Part shown: one piece after another, positions 26,061-34,933 of the stretch | Position numbering within the stretch: position 1 is the first letter of the stretch | Layout of the letters: every line of letters starts with the position of its first letter | Notes under the pieces: generated by a model | Databases searched by the model: none | The model's input: the letters and a program-made list of their open reading frames with translations, nothing else | What the model was told of the DNA's origin: nothing | NCBI GenBank assembly: GCA_002698225.1 | Contig: NZWD01000040.1 | Coordinates: 1-57,336, forward strand | Reading direction: 5' to 3' | DNA: 57,336 nucleotides | Source: Methanobacteriota archaeon | GTDB lineage: Archaea > Thermoplasmatota > Poseidoniia > Poseidoniales > Thalassarchaeaceae | Made by a program: the position numbers and the translations under genes

Positions 26061-26157
26061 TTGAACTCCTGACATCACAATTTGGCAATAAGAGTGATGA
26101 CTCCCTAAGGAGCACAACTCCCGCCGGAATCAAAAGTCGGCCCCAATTCCGCGTTCC

Positions 26158-27603
26158 ATGGCAGCAGGACTTGACTTTGATGTTCTGAGTCAGAAAGAGA
26201 CTTGGCAAGCATTCGTAGTTGGTATGGTCTTGTTTTGTATAATCGGATACTCATCCCTGACGCTTTTCGGCCTCTCAGCCTCTGCTTACGGAGTGTCTGA
26301 CGAAGTAGTGCCGGTTCCTGATTTTGAGGTTTCAACGATGAATAGGACTGGCATTGATGATGTAATTGCAGACGAGAATGGGGTGGTTAGATTGTCTGAC
26401 TTGCAAGGTAATGTTGTTGTAATCGACTTCATGGCTGTCGATTGTGCAAATTGTCACTATGTACAGACCCATATTGAACAAGAAATAGCGAACTGGGAGG
26501 CCCTTCTAGGGCCTCACGATGTAATCGTATTATCGATTGGAACTTGGTATGGGTACGAATCATTCGACAGGATTAACGAGACATTTGGAGATACAAGATC
26601 TGCCAAGCATATGTCTTGGCCTGTTGCAAATGGTGGAACAGATGTTGTCCTCTTAGAAAATGGCGAAAGAGGCGATTTGGTAGAATACTACTCGGCTCAA
26701 GCCATACCCATAGTTATCGTAGTCGATCACGAGGGCTATGTCGTCGCCAAAGAGAGCACTGGTACACCACTAGATGGTTGGGAGGCATTCGATTCAGCAA
26801 TTGCGAGTGCTAATGCTGGTGAAGCAGAAGATCTACGATTTGGGATTAAAAAGGCTGATAGATCTCTCACTGGTGTCTTCGTGATTGGTCTTTTCCTAGG
26901 TATTCTAGTATACTTCTCACCCTGTGCTTTCCCTGTCCTTCCTTCCTACATTACATACTATCTGAATCTCGGGATGAGAGAAGACGAATTAAGGGAGGCT
27001 GGGAAGCTCTCAGGGAGTATGCCCAAGCCCATCGAGGTAGGTGGTTACGCGGCCTTAGGTCAACTGACATTCTTTGCCGTAATCGGTGGCATTATCTTCG
27101 GGCTTGACGGAATCATTGATCTCTCAGGAGTTCTGCATGATATCGCGATTGGTATCGCATGGCTACTGATAATACTCGGAGGGCTCATGCTGCTGGGGTG
27201 GACCTCTCATCTACTGAACTGGATCCAGGGTATTCTCGACCAATATCAGACCACAGAGATGGATGATCAATTTACGCCGAGGCGAAACATGTACCTCTGG
27301 GGGATAGGATATAGTGCTGCGTCGGTAGATTGTACTGCTGCCGCAGTATTCCCATTCGTTGCTTGGCTTGCTGTAGTCGGAAATGGTGCATTCGCCTTTG
27401 GAATGGCAGGCCTAATCCTCTCTGTTACCTTGCTGATGATTTCGGTAACTGCCCTAGTAGGAATGGGCAGACAAGCAATGCTTGACTTCCTTAGACGGTC
27501 GACTGGAATAGTGAAAGCGACCGGTGCTTGGATGATGATATTCGCTGGATTGGGGCTGCTTGTCTACCTGACACAGCCCGAGAAGGTTAGCGCCCTATTC
27601 TAG
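26158..27603 (+). CDS. fusion of an N-terminal TM anchor, a TlpA/ResA-like thioredoxin domain (CANC) and a CcdA/DsbD-type thiol-disulfide transporter
   Basis: VRLSDLQGNVVVIDFMAVDCANCHYV is thioredoxin-fold. YFSPCAFPVLPSYITYY is the CcdA TM1 Cys motif, and AASVDCTAAAVFPF supplies the second TM Cys. Multiple TM helices. Confidence 0.75.
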   Translation: MAAGLDFDVLSQKETWQAFVVGMVLFCIIGYSSLTLFGLSASAYGVSDEVVPVPDFEVSTMNRTGIDDVIADENGVVRLSDLQGNVVVIDFMAVDCANCHYVQTHIEQEIANWEALLGPHDVIVLSIGTWYGYESFDRINETFGDTRSAKHMSWPVANGGTDVVLLENGERGDLVEYYSAQAIPIVIVVDHEGYVVAKESTGTPLDGWEAFDSAIASANAGEAEDLRFGIKKADRSLTGVFVIGLFLGILVYFSPCAFPVLPSYITYYLNLGMREDELREAGKLSGSMPKPIEVGGYAALGQLTFFAVIGGIIFGLDGIIDLSGVLHDIAIGIAWLLIILGGLMLLGWTSHLLNWIQGILDQYQTTEMDDQFTPRRNMYLWGIGYSAASVDCTAAAVFPFVAWLAVVGNGAFAFGMAGLILSVTLLMISVTALVGMGRQAMLDFLRRSTGIVKATGAWMMIFAGLGLLVYLTQPEKVSALF

Positions 27604-27606
27604 ATT

Positions 27607-28644
27607 TTATTGGCGCTGTATTGAATCGTATGCAATCATATTGAGTAGGTTCTCGCCGAAGTCTCTCGAATAGGCGCAAATCCTTCGGATTGATTCGGAT
27701 ATACGGTCCTCGAACAGAAGGCGGGAGGCCTTTCTTCTACCCGACCACAGGCCCTCTTCATGCTCTTTGAGAGACAATTGCGCCGCTTTCAATGAGTCTC
27801 GTGCTTCCTCTATCTCATAGGAATCGTGCGTTCTCAGGTTAATCATGAGTGACTTGAGGGCGTCCATCCAGACTGGCAATAGAGATAGAGGATATTCGTC
27901 TGCCTTCAAGCGTGGCCTTGGAGTGGTCTCTAGAGTCAGACGAGCCATCTCATGCGCGTGGTCCATCATTCTCTCTAGTGACCTTGCTAAATTGGCGTGT
28001 TCGACGCCTTGCTTCCTTCCCAGTCCAAGGGATCTTGCAACTTGCTGCGAGTCCAGCATTGATCCAACTTGCCTCTCAATCAAGTAATGCAGGCCATCGA
28101 CTTCTCTCTCACGCTCCTCAAAATCAGAAATTAACTCGTCATCTGACCCGATTAGAACTTCAAAAATGTCACGAACTAGGGATGATAGTAGTAGATACAT
28201 CCTGTTCAGGCTTGCGTGAAGAGGGAGTTCTCCTGCATTCAGCAGGCTAATCAGATTCACGCTACTTTCGGATTGTTCGCCAATCTCAAATCCCCGAGTA
28301 GAGCGAAGAAACCTGCGTATCTCACTAAGGGTGTCTCTGCTGAATTGGCCCACACTATCGACCGAAATCTCCTGAGCTCCTGAAAGGTAAGCCCCCATGA
28401 GGTGATCATACAGTGCGCCGCCAGGAATTCCGTCGAGATTCAATTCGACTAGCGTCTTCACCTCCTCCGCCGCGTCCAAAGGAGTGAGGGAAAGTTCTCC
28501 AGTTGGCCTCCATTCTACACGAATCCCATCTCGAGCAGAGAGGTTATTCGACAATATCCAGGGTTTGGGCAGGCTCATGGTATACGTAGAACCGCCTGTG
28601 AGTTGCAATCTACGGACATCTTGTTCACCGGGCCCTATTGGCAT
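27607..28644 (-). CDS. AbrB/SpoVT-domain plus PhoU-domain phosphate uptake regulator (archaeal type)
   Basis: N-terminal RRLQLTGGSTYTMSLPKPW (swapped-hairpin AbrB-like), then two helical PhoU-like repeats containing E..ERE.D and DHAHE motifs. Confidence 0.7.
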   Translation of the reverse strand: MPIGPGEQDVRRLQLTGGSTYTMSLPKPWILSNNLSARDGIRVEWRPTGELSLTPLDAAEEVKTLVELNLDGIPGGALYDHLMGAYLSGAQEISVDSVGQFSRDTLSEIRRFLRSTRGFEIGEQSESSVNLISLLNAGELPLHASLNRMYLLLSSLVRDIFEVLIGSDDELISDFEEREREVDGLHYLIERQVGSMLDSQQVARSLGLGRKQGVEHANLARSLERMMDHAHEMARLTLETTPRPRLKADEYPLSLLPVWMDALKSLMINLRTHDSYEIEEARDSLKAAQLSLKEHEEGLWSGRRKASRLLFEDRISESIRRICAYSRDFGENLLNMIAYDSIQRQ

Positions 28645-28678
28645 GAATCGCCGATTCTAATTATTACTATATAGATTA
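28645..28678. promoter_or_regulatory. divergent promoter region: 13-bp palindrome GAATCG-C-CGATTC plus a TATATA element
   Basis: The palindrome at 28645-28657 abuts the phoU-like start codon. TATATA at 28668-28673 lies ~24-29 nt from that start codon, the spacing expected for an archaeal TATA box driving a leaderless transcript. Confidence 0.35.
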
Positions 28679-28721
28679 CCCAACTACTCCATGAAGTACC
28701 TCAAGCGTTGCGGGCAGACCC

Positions 28722-30842
28722 ATGGAACCCGTGATGACGCTAGTTCTGATCCTGTCGCTCGTAGTATGTGCATACATGGCTTGGAACATCGGTGCCAACG
28801 ATGTTGCCAATGCGATGGGAACATCGGTTGGTTCTCGAGCTTTGACATTGAAGCAGGCTGTGATTGTAGCGGCTGTCTTCGAATTCGCTGGAGCATTCTT
28901 CGCAGGTGATGCGGTTACTGATACTGTCAGGAAGGGTATTCTCTCTGTCGACTTCGAGACTGTCACCAATGCCTTCGCTAACGACCTGATGTACGCATTC
29001 ATCGCTGCCATGATGGCTGCTGCAGTTTGGCTAACCATAGCCACCAGGCTGGGGCTTCCTGTCTCAACCACTCACAGCATCATCGGAGGAATAGTCGGAG
29101 CGGGGCTTGTGCTGGAAGTTCAGCATAGCACTTCGCTAATCGACTGGGAAGTCGTTCGCAAGGTCGTCATGTCTTGGGTTGCGAGCCCTCTGATGGGGGG
29201 TCTACTGGCTTTCTTCACATTCTACATTGTTAGAGGATCTATTCTCGAGGCTGAGAATCCAATAGAGAGGTCCAAGTGGCTGGCTCCGATTCTAGCAATC
29301 CCTACATTCTTCGTCCTCGGAATAGCACTCCAGTTCAAGGCGCTGAAAGGCTTCTTCTCCCGGGCTGAGAGTAACGGCTGGATTGAGAGTAAGTATGACT
29401 GGTTACCAGTCAAAGAGAACGGTAGTTGGAATCCAATGGTCGACAACGCCTGGATCCCGATTAACAGCATCATACTAGCTTTGATTATCGCGATTATAGC
29501 CGCTATTATTCTGGCATATGTGCTCAGAAACTACGAGTTCAAGGGAGAGCAGGAAGGTTTTCATGGAGTCGAGCGAATCTTCGTCTGGCTGCAAGTAATC
29601 ACTGCAGCTTATGTCGCCTTCGCGCATGGAGCAAACGACCGTTCGAATGCAATCGGTCCAATGGCAGCCGTATACCAGATTATTTCTAGCGGAGGAGAGT
29701 TGGCAGAGAAGGCAGATGTTCCGACTTGGCTGGTTCTACTTGGAAGCGCTGGTATAGCAATCGGTGTAATGACATGGGGCTACAGGGTCATGGACACTAT
29801 TGGTCACAAGATTACTGACATTACTCCGACTCGGGGTTTCGCTGCTGAGTTCGGAGCCGCGACCACGATTCTGATCTTCTCGATGCCGTTCCTCGCCGTT
29901 CCCGTATCGACTACTCACACTTTGGTAGGTTCAGTAGTCGGAGTCGGATTGGCAGGCGGGGCGAAGAATGTCGATTTCAGAGTGTTCGGTAAAATCGTGG
30001 CATCATGGGTAGCTAGTCTACCTGCAGCAGGATTCGGCTCCATTGTGATATATGTGGCAAGCGGGTCTGATCCACTCAACCTGCTCGTCATCATACCCAT
30101 CGCCTTCCTGATGGTGGGTTATGTGATGTGGGCTACTAGGGACAACGAGGTCTTCGTTGAGGATGCTCTGGCCGATGTGGGCAGCGATACTGAGAAGGGT
30201 GCGCCAACCTACTTCGAGCTCTTCCACACTCACGCCGAGGCAGTGGAGGAGACGGTCAACCACATGTTGGATGCGGTGAACGCGGCAGCAGAGGGTGAGG
30301 ATGCCAGCGCTGCAATCGAGGCGACCAACGAAGCAGAGTTGAGGGCTGACAACATCAAGAACGACCTGAGAAAGAAGGTCGGTGCTGGCAAGTGGAACTT
30401 CCTGACTAGTCCTGATGAGTTCTTCCACATGCTATCTCGTCAGGATCGGATTGCCGACTACGCGCAGAACGTCGCCGAGCAGCTCTCGTTCAGACCTCTG
30501 TATGACAACTCTGAGGCTAGGGTGTTGCTCAAGGAGATGGCAGGAGCTGTCGCCAAGACTGCTGCAATCTACGAGGACACAGTGGCAGAGCTACGCGACC
30601 TGACCATGTCCGGTTACACCAGAGCGGGGCGCGAGAGGCTCGGCGGACTGATCGAGCAGGTCAATCTAGCCGAACACGAAGCCGACCTAGTCGAGAGTCG
30701 TGCAGCTGGATTCGTCTTCACCACTGGTGAGGAGGACGCGTTGGCAGCAGTCCACATGTACAGAGTATTGCAGAGACTAGACGATGTGGCCAACGCCTGC
30801 GAGACAGCAGCCAACGGTTACCTACCACTAGTGCACAACTAA
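28722..30842 (+). CDS. PiT-family inorganic phosphate transporter fused to a C-terminal DUF47/PhoU-like regulatory domain
   Basis: WNIGANDVANAMGTSVGS and GANDRSNAIGPMA are the duplicated PiT signature. Many TM helices. The C-terminal ~220 aa are a soluble helical domain with repeated E..(A/E)D motifs (AELRADNIKNDL, EHEADLVE), as in the YkaA/DUF47 partners of Pit. Confidence 0.75.
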   Translation: MEPVMTLVLILSLVVCAYMAWNIGANDVANAMGTSVGSRALTLKQAVIVAAVFEFAGAFFAGDAVTDTVRKGILSVDFETVTNAFANDLMYAFIAAMMAAAVWLTIATRLGLPVSTTHSIIGGIVGAGLVLEVQHSTSLIDWEVVRKVVMSWVASPLMGGLLAFFTFYIVRGSILEAENPIERSKWLAPILAIPTFFVLGIALQFKALKGFFSRAESNGWIESKYDWLPVKENGSWNPMVDNAWIPINSIILALIIAIIAAIILAYVLRNYEFKGEQEGFHGVERIFVWLQVITAAYVAFAHGANDRSNAIGPMAAVYQIISSGGELAEKADVPTWLVLLGSAGIAIGVMTWGYRVMDTIGHKITDITPTRGFAAEFGAATTILIFSMPFLAVPVSTTHTLVGSVVGVGLAGGAKNVDFRVFGKIVASWVASLPAAGFGSIVIYVASGSDPLNLLVIIPIAFLMVGYVMWATRDNEVFVEDALADVGSDTEKGAPTYFELFHTHAEAVEETVNHMLDAVNAAAEGEDASAAIEATNEAELRADNIKNDLRKKVGAGKWNFLTSPDEFFHMLSRQDRIADYAQNVAEQLSFRPLYDNSEARVLLKEMAGAVAKTAAIYEDTVAELRDLTMSGYTRAGRERLGGLIEQVNLAEHEADLVESRAAGFVFTTGEEDALAAVHMYRVLQRLDDVANACETAANGYLPLVHN

Positions 30843-31670
30843 TCAGGCCCAACCTGCTTCCTCGGCAATCTCGCCGGGGGAGTGGTGTTCGGGCATGGCT
30901 AGGGCGTAGACGAACAACCTCCATGCCAATGTTGCAACAATTAGCCCAGTGGCTAGGTCGAACAAGTAATGTTGCTTGGTGGTTAGGATGCTGATGCAGA
31001 GTAGTACATACTCAATCCACAAGATTCCTAGGAATATCCTCGCGAGTGGCTTCTCTCCGTGTTCGCGACTCACCCAAAGCGTAATCATCCTAGCTAGAAG
31101 GTAGGAATGGACAATGTGCAGACTTGGCCAAGCATTCCATGGGTTGTCTGAGAAGTGAATGAATCCGTACAATGCCGATTCGAATCCATTGAGTGGTTCG
31201 TCGATCCAGTGCTCATCCAACTGCCAGCGTAGGTCAATCTCTGCAGGGAGGGCTAGGAAAATGACTACGCAGAATAGCGTCACCAATATGAGCCCCTGCA
31301 TTGCCAAAATTAGTTCCATCCTTCCTCTGTCATCTCTGGGACAGAGTACTAGGGTGGCGGGATAAAACAGGTAGAGAGCAGTATACGGTATAATCATCCA
31401 ATTAATCACAGGTATGTCTCTATCGAGTGCTATCTCTGGATCCCAAACAGTGTTGAGATAGTACTCTGCTATATTGTTGGATGCAAAGTAGGGTACAGCG
31501 ACACATATCAGACCCACTAGGAACATCTCAAGAGGGAACCAAGAACCCCCCATTGCCTCCCTGCGTGACCAACTGGATCCCCATGCTTTCCAAGGCATCA
31601 CCAATGCATGAATCCTTGAAGGGTGCGGGCCGAACACGGACTTGGCGTACCAACTAGGCAAATGAATCAA
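30843..31670 (-). CDS. PAP2-superfamily membrane protein (PAP2_C / sphingomyelin-IPC synthase-like motifs)
   Basis: Multi-TM protein with WPSLHIVHS (S-x-H) and QHYLFDLATG (H-x3-D). The start is uncertain: TTG 31670 overlaps the upstream stop, and ATG 31598 or later is also possible. Confidence 0.55.
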   Translation of the reverse strand: MIHLPSWYAKSVFGPHPSRIHALVMPWKAWGSSWSRREAMGGSWFPLEMFLVGLICVAVPYFASNNIAEYYLNTVWDPEIALDRDIPVINWMIIPYTALYLFYPATLVLCPRDDRGRMELILAMQGLILVTLFCVVIFLALPAEIDLRWQLDEHWIDEPLNGFESALYGFIHFSDNPWNAWPSLHIVHSYLLARMITLWVSREHGEKPLARIFLGILWIEYVLLCISILTTKQHYLFDLATGLIVATLAWRLFVYALAMPEHHSPGEIAEEAGWA

Positions 31671-33136
31671 GCGGAATCATCAGGTAGTGCTTTCGAAGCT
31701 ATTACGGTAACTACTGTTGAACCGAGAATGGCTGAAACGAAAGGCCAGAGATTAGTCAGGCCACCATCGGCTGCTGGAATTGCACCTCCGGTTGGATGTA
31801 GCAGATACATGTAGAAGTCCGAGTCAACTGGGGGTTCGATAAGGCCGTATATTCCAACAGATGCTATACCAGAGATACAACCTAGCAAAGCCCCTCTGGA
31901 TGAAACCCCGCCCCAAAGCGTCAGTAGTACTGGCGCTACTGTAGCCGCTGCCAAAATATCAGCAAAGAGGAAAATTCCAAACACACTCCAAGCATTGAAT
32001 TCAAAGCCGAATATTGTTGGACCAGTAGCTAGGTAAATGGCCAGTGGCAGCATTAGTACAGTAATTATTCTAGAAATTGTGAGGTCATAATTGCCATCGG
32101 ATACATCTCTAGAAATGGAAGCGACTATGGCATTCTGCAATGTATCAGTACTAGAACAAACGAGTGAGATTACCAGTATCACAAATGCTGCAGCGATGAT
32201 TGTGGAACCCTTGTCAATCAAGTGGAAGAAGGCGATAGTTGGGTCTGCAACTCCTCCTTGGCCTGCAGCAACGGTCCCAAAGACTCCCATAACAAAAACC
32301 AGAGGGAATACCATAACTGCTGCTAGAATCGCGCCCCTTTGCAATGCCTCATCGTCCTTTGAAGCATATGCTCTCTGCCAATTTCCCTGAGAAAACATCT
32401 CTGCGGCAGTGATTGCAACAACAAGTGCCAATCCTGATTCGAAAGAGCCCATGTACTCCATGCTACCAAGCAGTGACCAATCATCATCAGTGTTGTAAGC
32501 CATGGCATCGTCCACAATCTGGCCCAAATCAAATCCGAACAAAACGAATAGAAGTGTAACAACTAGCAGCACTATCGTCCAGGCCTGTATTCTGTCAGTT
32601 GCCAAGGAAGCCGGTAGGCCTCCATATGCTGTGTAGGCAGCTGTAACTACGCCAACGAAAATCATGGGGACTAATGGATCCATGCCCGCTAAGTATTCCA
32701 TGGCCTTACCAATTGCAGTGAACTCCGCAAACAAGAAAGTGAACATGTATAGAATAGAGATTATTCCAACATATATCTGCATTTTTCGACCGAGCCTATT
32801 CTTTGCATAATCAGCTAGAGTGATTCCCTCAGGCAGCCTCTCTCTAATCATTGGGCCGACATACGCCAGCAGGATGAATGGTGTAGAGGCGGAAGCCGCA
32901 TACCCCATTACATCCCAGAAGCCGCCATAGTAGGCCACCTCAGATGGCGTAAGCAGAACCCAAACTCCCATCCCAGAGGCAAACAGGCTCAGTCCAATTC
33001 TGACCCAATCCTGTGAGCCCCTGGCCGAGAGGTATTCATCGGTCTCTATTTCTCTAGCAGTAGATGCTTGGTATCCGATGTAACCGAAAATACCGAGCGT
33101 TGCAAGCATCAGTCCGTATGCAATATTCGTGTCCAT
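31667..33136 (-). CDS. sodium:solute symporter (SSS) family transporter
   Basis: 489 aa with ~13 TM helices. YGGLPASLATDRIQAW resembles the SSS signature. It lies downstream of the P5C dehydrogenase gene. Confidence 0.75.
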   Translation of the reverse strand: MDTNIAYGLMLATLGIFGYIGYQASTAREIETDEYLSARGSQDWVRIGLSLFASGMGVWVLLTPSEVAYYGGFWDVMGYAASASTPFILLAYVGPMIRERLPEGITLADYAKNRLGRKMQIYVGIISILYMFTFLFAEFTAIGKAMEYLAGMDPLVPMIFVGVVTAAYTAYGGLPASLATDRIQAWTIVLLVVTLLFVLFGFDLGQIVDDAMAYNTDDDWSLLGSMEYMGSFESGLALVVAITAAEMFSQGNWQRAYASKDDEALQRGAILAAVMVFPLVFVMGVFGTVAAGQGGVADPTIAFFHLIDKGSTIIAAAFVILVISLVCSSTDTLQNAIVASISRDVSDGNYDLTISRIITVLMLPLAIYLATGPTIFGFEFNAWSVFGIFLFADILAAATVAPVLLTLWGGVSSRGALLGCISGIASVGIYGLIEPPVDSDFYMYLLHPTGGAIPAADGGLTNLWPFVSAILGSTVVTVIASKALPDDSA

Positions 33137-33166
33137 TTCTCTCCCTCCGCTGGCATTACCCAGATC

Positions 33167-33197
33167 AGGTCACAGGGTCGTCACCTCACGGTGACCT
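33167..33197. promoter_or_regulatory. nested inverted repeats (GGTCAC half-sites) between pruA and the symporter gene
   Basis: AGGTCAC (33167-73) pairs with GTGACCT (33191-97). The inner hairpin is GTCACC-TCAC-GGTGAC (33180-95). It lies ~60-90 nt after the pruA stop and ~30-60 nt before the symporter start. Confidence 0.35.
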
Positions 33198-33254
33198 CTC
33201 AGCACTAGGCTCCCCGCTAATTGCTCAAACAGAGTGGGTAATCAAACTTCGGAC

Positions 33255-34874
33255 TCACTCGTCCGCACCCATGAACGGGTAGGTCCAGTCTTGAGGTACA
33301 TCGATTGTCCTCTTGATTGAGCGTGGACTGATCCATCTGAGCAGATTGAGAGGACCTCCTGCTTTGTCGTTGGTACCCGAAGCCCTTGCCCCTCCGAATG
33401 GCTGCTGAGCGACTACTGCGCCTGTCGGCTTGTCGTTAATGTAGAAATTACCGGCGGTGAATCTCAATGCCTCGAACGCCGTCTGGATATCCTCTTCTTT
33501 GGAGGCAAATATGCTGCCCGTCAGAGCATAAGGTGATGCCTCGTCGCAAATTAGTAAGACATCTTCGAAGTCCCCGTCGTCGTAGACATACACAGTGAGT
33601 ACTGGGCCAAAAATCTCCTCGACCATAGTCTCCGAGGTTGGATTGGTGGTAACAATGATTGTCGGCTCGATGAACCAGCCCTCACTATCGTCAGAGCCAC
33701 CTCCGACAATGATACGGCAGCAGTCGCGAGACTGGGCTCTCTCGATGTACCCGGTAATTTTCTCGAAGGCCCGCTCGTCTATCACAGCGGTCATGAAGTT
33801 CGTGAAGTCTCTAGCATCGCCCATCTTGATTTTGCTAATCTCGGCACACAGGTCATCCGAGATTGCATCCCATACTGATTGCGGGATGTAGGCGCGGCTA
33901 GCAGCTGAGCACTTCTGGCCCTGATACTCGAAAGAACCCCTTAGCAGGGCTACGAGTAGCCCTTGGTGGTCGCAATCGGGGTGAGCCACCACGAAGTCCT
34001 TACCACCCGTTTCGCCCACTATGCGCGGGTACGAACGGAGGTTCGGAAGTGCGAGACCTATCTCTTGCCACAACCCTTGGAATGTGGCAGTTGAGCCTGT
34101 GAAATGCAGACCGGCGAAATCCGGGTTGGCCAGAGCGACCTCGGTAATCTCTGCACCCGAACCGGGTAGGAAGTTGATTACTCCAGGAGGTAGCCCTGCT
34201 TCCATCATCAGTTGCATTAGGACATAGTTGGAGTGATACGAATTACGGCTCGGCTTCCATATGCTGGTGCATCCAACGATTGCAGGTGCGCTCGGTAGAT
34301 TTGCAGCGATACTTGTGAAGTTGAATGGAGTGATGGCTAGAACGAATCCCTCTAGTGGCCTTATCTCAGTTGAGTTCTGCACTCCCTCAGGAGAGACGAG
34401 GGGTTGGAAGTCATCATGGAATCCTCGCGCATAATGGCAGTTGAATCTCCAGAAATCGATTAACTCGCAGGCGGCGTCAATCTCGGCTTGGAAGGCGGTC
34501 TTGGACTGGTTGAGCATGGTAGAGGCATTCACCCGCATTCTCCAGTCTCCTGCAAGTAGGTCGGCGCAGCGCTCAAAGATTGCACAACGACCCTCGAGAC
34601 CTAGGTCAATCCACGCCTGTTGGGCATCTACGGCTGCAGCGCATGCATCTTCCATCTCGTTCCTTCCAGCCAAGTGGACATTGGCCAGAACATGGCCGTG
34701 GTTATGCGGGATGACTTGAGTCACAGTGACTCCGGTGAACACCTCTTCGCCATTGATGATGCAAGGAATCTCGACGACCTCGCTCATCTGACGATTGATC
34801 TCATCCATGAGAGCTAATCTCTCGCTACTTCCAGGTGCATAATCCGATATTGGTTCATTGATTGGCTGGGACAT
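33255..34874 (-). CDS. pruA: L-glutamate gamma-semialdehyde (1-pyrroline-5-carboxylate) dehydrogenase
   Basis: 539 aa in the ALDH superfamily. FNFTSIAANL, ETGGKDF and EYQGQKCSAASR are typical of P5CDH. Confidence 0.8.
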   Translation of the reverse strand: MSQPINEPISDYAPGSSERLALMDEINRQMSEVVEIPCIINGEEVFTGVTVTQVIPHNHGHVLANVHLAGRNEMEDACAAAVDAQQAWIDLGLEGRCAIFERCADLLAGDWRMRVNASTMLNQSKTAFQAEIDAACELIDFWRFNCHYARGFHDDFQPLVSPEGVQNSTEIRPLEGFVLAITPFNFTSIAANLPSAPAIVGCTSIWKPSRNSYHSNYVLMQLMMEAGLPPGVINFLPGSGAEITEVALANPDFAGLHFTGSTATFQGLWQEIGLALPNLRSYPRIVGETGGKDFVVAHPDCDHQGLLVALLRGSFEYQGQKCSAASRAYIPQSVWDAISDDLCAEISKIKMGDARDFTNFMTAVIDERAFEKITGYIERAQSRDCCRIIVGGGSDDSEGWFIEPTIIVTTNPTSETMVEEIFGPVLTVYVYDDGDFEDVLLICDEASPYALTGSIFASKEEDIQTAFEALRFTAGNFYINDKPTGAVVAQQPFGGARASGTNDKAGGPLNLLRWISPRSIKRTIDVPQDWTYPFMGADE

Positions 34875-34933
34875 GATGAGTCCCGCTCGGAGATTCCATC
34901 TAACATTGTTCCGATTAAGAATTCAGGAGAATT

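Noticed and set aside
28691-28909. 72-aa ORF starting in the phoU/PiT spacer (MKYLKRCGQTHGTRDD...).
   Set aside because: It is out of frame with, and overlapped by, the PiT gene, whose N-terminus (WNIGANDVANAMGTSVGS) is strongly conserved. The ORF has no features of a real protein.
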